Origin: Clostridia bacterium
Lineage (GTDB): Bacteria > Bacillota > Clostridia > Oscillospirales > CAG-272
Length of the DNA: 64,000 nt
Assembly: GCA_017537175.1 (NCBI GenBank)
Contig: JAFYLH010000012.1
Coordinates: 65,375 to 129,374, forward strand
Reading direction: 5' to 3'
Under the pieces are notes generated by a model that saw only the letters and a program-made list of their open reading frames with translations, was not told the DNA's origin and did not search any database. Position 1 is the stretch's first letter, and each line of letters begins with the position of its first letter. Below are positions 7,943 through 15,978 of this stretch, piece after piece. A program made the position numbers and the translations under genes.

Positions 7943-8242
7943 TTTTATCACCTTAAGTATATATTACATTATAACATGTCGAAAGTCAATATTACTATAC
8001 TGAAATCAAATTTCACCAACCACAGTTTTAATGTATCTGACGTCGGTGAAGTTTTTACGCTTTGCGGAAAAGTATTGTAATTAGAGAGCACCTCACCCTC
8101 GTACAGTGATATACGCTATAGCAGATCAAGTGCTTCCCCTCAAGGGGAGGGACTATTGATCGTAGCCTCACCCTCGTGTGATGATGCACGGCTACAGCTT
8201 ACTTCACCCGATTGAAGGGTCAAGGGACAGGTCCCTTGAAAG

Positions 8243-8270
8243 AAAAAAACTCGACCTAAGTCGAGTTTTC
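8243..8270 (-). terminator. Rho-independent terminator of rplS
   Basis: Minus strand: AAACTCGAC-TTAG-GTCGAGTTT followed by TTTTTTT. Confidence 0.75.
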
Positions 8271-8285
8271 TTTTCTTGTTTTAAG

Positions 8286-8627
8286 TTAGATAAGCTCCTT
8301 AACCTTGGAAGCCTTACCAACTCTGCCACGGAGATAATAGAGCTTAGCTCTTCTAACCTTACCGCGTCTGATAGTTTCAACCTTTTCAACGTTGGGAGAG
8401 TGAACGGGGAATGTCTTCTCAACGCCTACACCGTAGGAAATTCTTCTAACTGTGAAAGTCTCGGAAATTCCGCCGCCGTGACGGGCAATAACTGTACCCT
8501 CAAAAAGCTGAATTCTTTCTCTTGCACCCTCTTTGATCTTGTTGTGTACACGAACTGTGTCACCAATCTTGATCTCGGGTACCTCTGTCTTTAACTGCTC
8601 ACTTGTAAAAGCCTTAATAAGATCCAT
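8286..8627 (-). CDS. rplS: 50S ribosomal protein L19
   Basis: [28 protein letters not shown]...; start moved to the internal ATG at 8627, which has an AGGAGGAAAG RBS. Confidence 0.95.
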   Translation of the reverse strand: MDLIKAFTSEQLKTEVPEIKIGDTVRVHNKIKEGARERIQLFEGTVIARHGGGISETFTVRRISYGVGVEKTFPVHSPNVEKVETIRRGKVRRAKLYYLRGRVGKASKVKELI

Positions 8628-8866
8628 TGTAGCTTTCCTCCTAATTCTTAACGGATATTCTTGCAGAGCGTCGCAGCGGACTATCCGTGTCATATTTATA
8701 ACAGCGAGATTATATCACAGTTTTTTCCTAAATGCAACACTTTTTTAAAAGTTTATTTTTTTGTTACAATTGCGGCAAGCTGCCGCACCCAAACTGCGCC
8801 CGTCAGCATCCTATTTCAAATCACACGGAATGTGGATCTATAGAAAAATAAAATTTTATAAAGGTC

Positions 8867-8895
8867 TTGTAAAAACAGACAGTATGTTATATAAT
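8867..8895 (+). promoter_or_regulatory. Sigma-A type promoter for the apgM-lepB... operon
   Basis: TTGTAA (8867-8872), 17-nt spacer, TATAAT (8890-8895). Confidence 0.55.
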
Positions 8896-8931
8896 ATATT
8901 ATTATACTAAATATGTCAAGAGGAAAAGACT

Positions 8932-10125
8932 ATGAAATATCTTGTACTTGTAACAGACGGCGCAGCCGATTATCCTATAGAAGAGCTGGGCGGAGCTACT
9001 CCCCTGGAGAAGGCGAACAAGCCTAACATCGATGCTTTGGCTAAAAAAGCCTTCTGCGGAACGGTATCCAATGTTCCCGAGGGTATGGTTCCCGAAAGCG
9101 ATACCGCAAATATTGCAATTATGTCCTATGACCCAAAGATCTACTCCAAGGGCAGAAGTCCCCTTGAGGCAGTAAGCATGGGTCTTAGTATGACCCCCAC
9201 TCAGACAGCCTTCCGTACCAATGTAGTTACAATGGGCGACGAGGAGGGCTACGAAAACAAGACTATGATCGACCACTCGGCAGACGAGATCACAACAGCC
9301 GAGGCCGATGAGCTTATCAAGGCTATTGACGCTGAGCTTGGTGACGAGCTTAAGCATTTCTATACAGGTGTAAGCTACCGTCACTGTCTGCTCTGGGAAA
9401 ACGCTCCCGAAAATGTGGACTTTATGAGACCCCATGATATCTTAGGTCAGAAGGTTACAGAATATCTTCCTCCCGAGCCCTTCCTTACCTTACAGAAGAA
9501 GAGCTGGGACATCCTTACAAATCATCCCGTAAACAAGGCGAGAGTAGAAAGAGGCCTTCGCCCCGCAAACTCTATCTGGCTCTGGAGCCCCGGCAAGAAG
9601 CCTGCGCTTCCCAACTTCAAGGAAAAGTGGGGAGTTGAGGCAGCGGTCATCTCTGCCGTTGACCTTATCAAGGGTATCGGTCTCTGTGCAGGCATGGAGT
9701 CTATCGATGTTGAGGGTGTAACAGGTAACGTACATACCAACTATAAGGGCAAGGCGGATGCGGCTATAGATGCATTCAAGAGAGGAAAGGAATTTGTTTA
9801 CATCCATGTAGAAGCTCCCGACGAGTGCGGCCACCGTGCCGAGCTTGACAACAAGATCCTTTCTGTTGAGCTTATTGACGAAAAGATCCTTAAGCCTGTA
9901 TACGAATACCTTGTATCTACAGGCGAGGATTTCAAGATACTTATCCTCCCCGACCATCCCACACCTATCTGCACCCGTACACACGCTATGGATCCCGTTC
10001 CCTTTGTGCTTTATTCCTCCAATGAAGAGGTAGAGGGAGCAGACTCCTTCAGCGAAAAGGCAATGGTGGGCAAGACCTATATTTCTGACGGAAGCACACT
10101 TCTGTCCTATATGATAAAGGAATAA
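8932..10125 (+). CDS. Cofactor-independent phosphoglycerate mutase family protein (archaeal ApgM type), 397 aa
   Basis: MKYLVLVTDGAADYPIEELGG...TPLE.A..PN.D N-terminus and size are characteristic of the ApgM/metalloenzyme superfamily. Confidence 0.8.
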   Translation: MKYLVLVTDGAADYPIEELGGATPLEKANKPNIDALAKKAFCGTVSNVPEGMVPESDTANIAIMSYDPKIYSKGRSPLEAVSMGLSMTPTQTAFRTNVVTMGDEEGYENKTMIDHSADEITTAEADELIKAIDAELGDELKHFYTGVSYRHCLLWENAPENVDFMRPHDILGQKVTEYLPPEPFLTLQKKSWDILTNHPVNKARVERGLRPANSIWLWSPGKKPALPNFKEKWGVEAAVISAVDLIKGIGLCAGMESIDVEGVTGNVHTNYKGKADAAIDAFKRGKEFVYIHVEAPDECGHRAELDNKILSVELIDEKILKPVYEYLVSTGEDFKILILPDHPTPICTRTHAMDPVPFVLYSSNEEVEGADSFSEKAMVGKTYISDGSTLLSYMIKE

Positions 10126-10129
10126 GATA

Positions 10130-10831
10130 ATGGATAACAATCAGATCGAAGCCGAGGTTAACACCGATAAGGCAGTAAAAAAGGAAAAGCAGAAATTCAG
10201 CCTTTGCCGCTCCGTGTTTGAATGGGTAGAGCTTGTAGCCATTTCCATAACCGTGGTAATACTGATACTCAACTGCTTTGCAAGATATTCTCCCGTTGAC
10301 GGTCAATCTATGAACGAGACCCTGCAGCATCAGGATATACTGATACTGAGCGATTTGTTCTATACACCCAAAAACGGAGACATAGTGGTATTTGCTTCTC
10401 AGCAAACAAAATATGATACCCCTTATGTCAAGCGTGTAATTGCGGTTGCGGGTCAGACTGTTGACTATGATCCGGTAACAGGCAGAGTTACCGTTGACGG
10501 TAAGGTTCCCGAGTGGGAAAAATATGCGGTTCATAAGACCAACGATGTAATCACGGGAGAAACGGTATATTGGGAGTATAATACGGAGGACGATACCGTA
10601 ACCAAAAACGGTCAGCCCTGTGATATGGCAGAGTATGAAGAACAGAGAAACAAGGGCTATGATGTTGGTCAGGTGACATATCCCTATACCGTACCCAAGG
10701 GACATATATTTGTAATGGGTGATAACCGTTGGCACTCCAGCGACAGCCGCTTGATCGGAGCTGTTGATGTAAGAACGGTCCTTGGTAAAGTGGTGTTCAG
10801 ACTTTTCCCGAATACGGGAATTGTAGATTAA
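10130..10831 (+). CDS. lepB: Signal peptidase I (S26 family)
   Basis: N-terminal TM; catalytic Ser box GQSMNETL, Lys box VKRVIAVAG, GDNRWHSSDSR box. Confidence 0.9.
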   Translation: MDNNQIEAEVNTDKAVKKEKQKFSLCRSVFEWVELVAISITVVILILNCFARYSPVDGQSMNETLQHQDILILSDLFYTPKNGDIVVFASQQTKYDTPYVKRVIAVAGQTVDYDPVTGRVTVDGKVPEWEKYAVHKTNDVITGETVYWEYNTEDDTVTKNGQPCDMAEYEEQRNKGYDVGQVTYPYTVPKGHIFVMGDNRWHSSDSRLIGAVDVRTVLGKVVFRLFPNTGIVD

Positions 10832-10920
10832 TTAGGAGTTAGGAGTTAGGAGTTAATGAAGATTTTTGTTTCTTTATGAAACAAAAATCCACATTAATTT
10901 TGCATTTTGCATTTTGCATT
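10832..10920 (+). repeat. Heptad-repeat palindromic element, copy A: (TTAGGAG)x3 - TTAATGAAG - 12-bp hairpin - CACATTAA - (TTTTGCA)x3
   Basis: Read directly; heptads at 10832-10852 and 10898-10918, stem 10861-10872/10878-10889; same architecture as 60451-60589. Confidence 0.8.
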
Positions 10921-10937
10921 CTCCGAAGGAGGTATTT

Positions 10938-11810
10938 ATGCCGTCAAATCAGATACAGTGGTTTCCCGGCCATATGGCCAAGACCCGCCGACTGATAACA
11001 GAAAATCTTTCGGCAGTTGATATAGTAATAGAAATTCTTGATGCCCGTATTCCCGAAAGCTCCAAGAACCCCGAGATTATGAGACTTTGCAAGGACAAGC
11101 CCATGCTTACTCTTCTTTCAAAGTCCTCTCTTGCAGACCCTGCGGCCTCTGATAAATGGAGAGCATATTATCAGAAGAACGACCGTCACTGTATGTTTAT
11201 CGACAGCGTAACAGGTGCAGGTGTCAAGGATATCGGGGACGCGGTGCGTGAGGTTCTCAAGGAAAAGGTAGAAAAATACGAAAGCAAGGGTATGCAGGGT
11301 AGAGCCTTAAAGGCGATGATCGTTGGTATACCCAATGTTGGCAAGTCCTCTCTTATCAACCGTCTTGCGGGACAGAAAAAGGCAAGGGTAGAGGATCGTC
11401 CCGGCGTTACAATGACAAAGCAATGGGTAACCACCAATGTGGGACTTGAGCTTCTTGATATGCCCGGAGTTCTCTGGCCCAAGTTTGAGGACGAATATGT
11501 AGGCGAGAATTTAGCTATCACGGGAGCTATCAAGGATCAGGTAATGGATCTTGACCGTATCTCCTGCGCTCTTGTTTCAAGACTGCGTAAGAGATATCCC
11601 GAGCTTCTTTGCGAGAGATACAAATTAGGTGATATTTCTCAGTATGACGACCTTGAGGACTGGGAGCTTGCTGAGGTCATCGGCAGAAAGAGAGGCTTCC
11701 TTATCTCGGGCGGAGAGGTAAGCTGGGAGAGACTGTCAAACATTCTTCTTGACGAGTTCAGAGGGGCAAAGATAGGAAGAATAACCTTAGAATTACCCGG
11801 AGAGAGATAA
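10938..11810 (+). CDS. rbgA: Ribosome biogenesis GTPase A (YlqF/RbgA)
   Basis: MPSNQIQWFPGHMAKTRR start typical of RbgA; GIPNVGKSSLINRL G1 motif; AAGGAGG RBS before ATG 10938. Confidence 0.9.
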   Translation: MPSNQIQWFPGHMAKTRRLITENLSAVDIVIEILDARIPESSKNPEIMRLCKDKPMLTLLSKSSLADPAASDKWRAYYQKNDRHCMFIDSVTGAGVKDIGDAVREVLKEKVEKYESKGMQGRALKAMIVGIPNVGKSSLINRLAGQKKARVEDRPGVTMTKQWVTTNVGLELLDMPGVLWPKFEDEYVGENLAITGAIKDQVMDLDRISCALVSRLRKRYPELLCERYKLGDISQYDDLEDWELAEVIGRKRGFLISGGEVSWERLSNILLDEFRGAKIGRITLELPGER

Positions 11811-12406
11811 TGAACTGGGATTACGAAAATAAATACTTTGAACAGGGCTACACCTGGGTATGCGGTACAGACGAGGCAGGCAGAGGCCCCCTTGCAGGGC
11901 CTGTGGTAGCCGCCGCCGTCATACTTCCCGAGGGGCTTATGATAGACGGCCTTAACGATTCAAAAAAGCTCTCGGAAAAGAAAAGGGAAAAGCTCTATGA
12001 TATTATCAGAGAAGAGGCGGTAAGCTTTGCCATATGCGAGGCAAGTGTGGAGGAGATAGATACACTCAATATTCTCAACGCCTCTCAGCTTGCTATGAGA
12101 AGATGCGTAGAGCAGCTTGTTCCCAAGCCCGAGGTAGTGCTTGTTGACGGCAATATAGCAAGGGATTTTCCCATAATTGCCGAACCTGTAATCAAGGGTG
12201 ATGCACTTTCTCCCTCTATAGCCGCGGCATCCATACTTGCAAAGGTTACAAGGGACAAAATGCTGGTGGAGCTTGACGCACAGTACCCCGAATATAATTT
12301 TAAAAAGCATAAGGGCTATCCCACAAAGGAGCATCGCGAAGCCGTTATCAAATACGGCCCCAGCCCGGTGCATAGAAAGACCTTTTTAAAATTTCTCGAT
12401 AAATGA
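11810..12406 (+). CDS. rnhB: Ribonuclease HII
   Basis: GTDEAGRGPLAGPVVAAAV catalytic motif; start overlaps the rbgA stop. Confidence 0.9.
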   Translation: MNWDYENKYFEQGYTWVCGTDEAGRGPLAGPVVAAAVILPEGLMIDGLNDSKKLSEKKREKLYDIIREEAVSFAICEASVEEIDTLNILNASQLAMRRCVEQLVPKPEVVLVDGNIARDFPIIAEPVIKGDALSPSIAAASILAKVTRDKMLVELDAQYPEYNFKKHKGYPTKEHREAVIKYGPSPVHRKTFLKFLDK

Positions 12407-12774
12407 GTACAAAAAAGGAAACAGGCGATTACGGTGAAAGACTTGCAAAACGGTATCTCAGATTCCGTTTTTACCGTATTCTTGAAACAAACTATAAAAC
12501 AAGACACGGTGAGATAGATATTATCGCCAAAAAGGGAAAGCATATCGTCTTTATAGAGGTCAAGACCCGAAAGCAGGAGCATACCGAGGTCTACGGCAGA
12601 CCCGCCCTTGCGGTAAACTATCAAAAGCGCGAGCACATGAGGTACAGCATAAAAAGCTATCTTGCCCGCAGTAATAGTAAGCTAATACCGAGAATAGATA
12701 TTATAGAGGTATATTTATCAGAGAAGGGACACCGTATAGAGCATATAAAAAATGCTTTCGGCGCACAGGGATGA
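12403..12774 (+). CDS. YraN family (UPF0102) endonuclease-like protein
   Basis: GERLAKRYL...GEIDIIAKKGKHIVFIEVKTR pattern; conserved position after rnhB. Confidence 0.8.
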   Translation: MSTKKETGDYGERLAKRYLRFRFYRILETNYKTRHGEIDIIAKKGKHIVFIEVKTRKQEHTEVYGRPALAVNYQKREHMRYSIKSYLARSNSKLIPRIDIIEVYLSEKGHRIEHIKNAFGAQG

Positions 12775-13637
12775 AGCTGATTGATCTGCATTGTGACACT
12801 CTTTACGAAATGTACAAAAGAGACTGTCACTTTGATAAAAATGAACTTAACATAAGCCTTAAAAAGGCAGAATGCTTTGATGAATACAAGCAGGTTCTTG
12901 CAGTATGGAGTCAAAATGACTTAAGCGAGGAAGAATGCTTTAAGCAATTTCTTTCGGTATATGAGATATATAAGGAAAGGATCCCAAAGGATTTCCCTCA
13001 TGTTCTTGCAGTTGAGGGAGGCAAGGCTCTTGGCGGCAGAATAGAAAGCCTTAAGCTCCTTTATGATATGGGAGTTTGCTTTCTTACCCTTGTATGGGCA
13101 GGGGAGTGTTCTCTTGGCGGTGCTCACGATACCGATATAGGATTGACCGATTTCGGCTATGAGGTACTCAACGGTTGCTTTGAGCTTGGCATCATACCCG
13201 ATATCTCCCACGCAAGCGATGTGATGTTTTGGCAGGTTTACGAGGAAGCAAAAAAGCGCGGAAAGCCCTTTGTTGCCACCCATTCTAACAGTAGATCGGT
13301 ACATAATCACAGAAGGAACTTGACAGATGAGATGTTCTGTGCTATAAAAGATGTTCAGGGTGTTGTGGGTATCAGCCTTGAGCCTACCCATACCTCGGCG
13401 GGTGAAGTGACGGTCAGGGATATATGTAAGCATATTCTTCATTATATATCTCTTGGCGGCGAGGACAATATCTGTCTTGGCTGTGACCTTGACGGTGTTA
13501 CCCGTAATATAAAGGATATTCCCGACATTTCACATCTTCCAAAGCTCTATGAGGCATTGAGGGCAGAGGGTGTGGATGCGGATAAAATATTTTATAACAA
13601 TGCAAATAATTTTCTTATAAGGAATGTAAAAATATGA
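12771..13637 (+). CDS. Membrane dipeptidase (peptidase M19) family protein
   Basis: MKLIDLHCDTLYEM N-terminus, HASD and ATHSNSR motifs. Confidence 0.7.
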   Translation: MKLIDLHCDTLYEMYKRDCHFDKNELNISLKKAECFDEYKQVLAVWSQNDLSEEECFKQFLSVYEIYKERIPKDFPHVLAVEGGKALGGRIESLKLLYDMGVCFLTLVWAGECSLGGAHDTDIGLTDFGYEVLNGCFELGIIPDISHASDVMFWQVYEEAKKRGKPFVATHSNSRSVHNHRRNLTDEMFCAIKDVQGVVGISLEPTHTSAGEVTVRDICKHILHYISLGGEDNICLGCDLDGVTRNIKDIPDISHLPKLYEALRAEGVDADKIFYNNANNFLIRNVKI

Positions 13638-15121
13638 AATACTACAGCACAAGAAATCTAAATCAAGAGGGAGTATCTGCGGCTCAGGCTATAAAGCAGG
13701 GTCTGTGTAATGACGGCGGTCTCTTTATGCCCGAGACTATTCCCGCGCTTACTCTTGAGGATATCACGGCTCTCAAGGATAAGAGCTATGCGCAGAGAGC
13801 GGCATATATCCTCTCCCTTTTCCTTACAGACTATACATACGAGGAGCTTTTGGCAGATTGCTCCGAGGCATACGGTGAAGCTCGCTTCAAGGGCGGTGCC
13901 GCACCTCTTGCAACCCTTAATGACAACACAAGTGTGCTCGAGCTCTGGCACGGTCCCACAAGCGCATTCAAGGATATGGCGCTTCAGATAATGCCCAGAC
14001 TTCTTTCCCGCGCCCTTGACAAGACAGGCGAGGAGAGAACCGCATTTATACTTGTTGCTACCTCAGGTGACACAGGTAAGGCAGCTCTTGAGGGCTACCG
14101 TGATGTAAACAAGGTAAGAATTACAGTATTCTATCCCGTTGACGGTGTCAGCCGTGTTCAGAAGCTTCAGATGGCTACCCAGGAGGGCGAAAATGTTGAG
14201 GTTTGTGCAGTTATCGGTAACTTTGACGATGCACAGAACGGCGTAAAGAAGATCTTTTCTGACAAGGCAATGGCAGAAAAGCTCAACGCCAACGGCTATT
14301 TCCTTTCCAGCGCCAACTCTATAAACTGGGGCAGACTTGCTCCCCAGATCGCATACTATGTTTCCGCTTACTGCGACCTTGTGGCTCAGGGTAAGATCGC
14401 TCTTGGCGACAAGATGAACGTATGCGTTCCCACAGGTAACTTCGGCAATATCTTTGCCGCTTATATCGCAAAGCGTATGGGTCTGCCCGTAAACAAGTTC
14501 ATCTGTGCCTCCAACAAGAACTCTATCCTTACAGATTTCTTAAACGAGGGCAAGTATGACCGCAACCGCGATTTCTATACCACCATGTCCCCCTCTATGG
14601 ATATCCTTATCTCCTCCAACCTGGAGAGACTTCTCTATCTCGTTGGCGGAAGCGAGCGTACCGCACAGTATATGAAGGATCTTAATGAGAAGGGCGTATA
14701 TACAGTAGATGCAGATATCAAGGCAGCACTGGATGCCGAGTTTGCAGGCTATTTTGCAGACGAGGACGAGTGTGCCGCTACCATAAAGAGCACCTTTGCA
14801 GACGGCTACCTCTGTGATACTCACACCGCAGTTGCAATTACAGCGGCTAAGAAGTATCAGGCAGAGTCGGGCGATGACACATATACAGTTGTTGCCTCCA
14901 CCGCCAGCCCCTATAAGTTTGCGGCAGATGTTTACAAGTCCATCAAAGCAGATGCAGATTTTGCCGATGACTATGACGCACTGCCCGCACTTAATGAGCT
15001 TTCCGGTGTTGAGATTCCCGAAGGACTTGCAACCCTTATGTCAAAGACAGTCCGCTTTGACAAGGTAATCGATGCCGCAAAGATGCCTGAGGAAGTGCTT
15101 TCCGAGCTTGGAATACAGTAA
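13634..15121 (+). CDS. thrC: Threonine synthase (long form)
   Basis: GGLFMPE..., PLP-lysine motif SAFKDMALQ, 495 aa. Confidence 0.9.
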   Translation: MKYYSTRNLNQEGVSAAQAIKQGLCNDGGLFMPETIPALTLEDITALKDKSYAQRAAYILSLFLTDYTYEELLADCSEAYGEARFKGGAAPLATLNDNTSVLELWHGPTSAFKDMALQIMPRLLSRALDKTGEERTAFILVATSGDTGKAALEGYRDVNKVRITVFYPVDGVSRVQKLQMATQEGENVEVCAVIGNFDDAQNGVKKIFSDKAMAEKLNANGYFLSSANSINWGRLAPQIAYYVSAYCDLVAQGKIALGDKMNVCVPTGNFGNIFAAYIAKRMGLPVNKFICASNKNSILTDFLNEGKYDRNRDFYTTMSPSMDILISSNLERLLYLVGGSERTAQYMKDLNEKGVYTVDADIKAALDAEFAGYFADEDECAATIKSTFADGYLCDTHTAVAITAAKKYQAESGDDTYTVVASTASPYKFAADVYKSIKADADFADDYDALPALNELSGVEIPEGLATLMSKTVRFDKVIDAAKMPEEVLSELGIQ

Positions 15122-15122
15122 C

Positions 15123-15152
15123 AAAAAAAGCGCATCTGCGGATGCGTTTTTT
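15123..15152 (+). terminator. Rho-independent terminator after thrC (A-tract/T-tract, potentially bidirectional)
   Basis: AAAAAAAG-CGCATC-TGCG-GATGCG-TTTTTT. Confidence 0.75.
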
Positions 15153-15174
15153 GTTAAATGAAAGGAGGTTTACT

Positions 15175-15879
15175 ATGGCATTATTCACCCTTGCCGACAC
15201 CCATCTGTCCATAACCACACACAAGCCTATGGACATTTTCGGATCCCGCTGGAAGGATCACACCAACCGAATAAAAGAAGAATGGGAAGCCGTAGTTACT
15301 CCCGACGATACCGTGGTCATCCCCGGTGATATCTCCTGGGGCATGAACTTTGAGGAGGCCAAGGAGGATTTTTTGTTCCTTGACGCTCTTCCCGGACATA
15401 AGCTGATAAGTAAAGGCAATCACGATTATTGGTGGGCTACAAAGACCAAGCAGGATGCCTTCTTTAATGAGATAGGTATTACCACCATAAGTCAGCTTTA
15501 TAACAATGCTTATAAGATAGGCGATCGTATGGTTTGCGGAAGCCGTGGCTGGTATAATGATGACCACAACGCACCAAAGGATTCTGATTATGACAAGATA
15601 GTCAACCGCGAGGTTGGACGAATGGAGCTGAGCATCAAGGCGGCAAACGATATCGATCCGAACCTCGAAAAGCTGATGTTTTTGCACTTTCCTCCCGTGT
15701 TCGGAGACTATGTCTGTCAGGAGATAGTTGACTGTCTCAAGCGGCATAATATCCGCCGCTGCTATTACGGTCATATCCACGGTAAGTACAGCTGTCCCCC
15801 GGTGCACAGCTATGAAGGAATAGATTTTTATATCATTTCGGCTGATTATCTTGAATTTAAGCCTATGTTGATTATTTAA
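15175..15879 (+). CDS. Metallophosphoesterase family protein
   Basis: ADTHL, GDISW, GNHDYW, GHIHG motifs; AAAGGAGG RBS before ATG 15175. Confidence 0.75.
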   Translation: MALFTLADTHLSITTHKPMDIFGSRWKDHTNRIKEEWEAVVTPDDTVVIPGDISWGMNFEEAKEDFLFLDALPGHKLISKGNHDYWWATKTKQDAFFNEIGITTISQLYNNAYKIGDRMVCGSRGWYNDDHNAPKDSDYDKIVNREVGRMELSIKAANDIDPNLEKLMFLHFPPVFGDYVCQEIVDCLKRHNIRRCYYGHIHGKYSCPPVHSYEGIDFYIISADYLEFKPMLII

Positions 15880-15978
15880 CAAATTGAAAATTTTACATAT
15901 TTTACTTGACTTTACATTATAAATAAGTACAATGTATTTGTTATAAAAGTTTTAAGAGATGAAAGGACATTGAAAACA

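Noticed and set aside
8219-8240. GGTCAAGGGACAGGTCCCTTGAAAG faintly resembles the SRP RNA domain IV region
   Set aside because: It lacks the conserved GGAAGGAAGCAGC/GNAR-loop features and the surrounding helix 8 context. It is more likely part of the tandem terminator hairpins of rplS.
8178-8594. 138-aa plus-strand ORF
   Set aside because: It is antisense to rplS and extends into the structured spacer, so I consider it spurious.
10832-10852. UAG-N4-UAG-N4-UAG in the (TTAGGAG)x3 array matches the spacing of HutP antiterminator binding sites
   Set aside because: No hutP or hut genes are nearby. The other heptad arrays (TTCCGCA, TTTTGCA) lack UAG. The 7-nt period is better explained by complementarity between the two arms. 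I kept it only as a remote alternative, together with binding by proteins that recognise unspaced heptads, such as omega-type RHH repressors.
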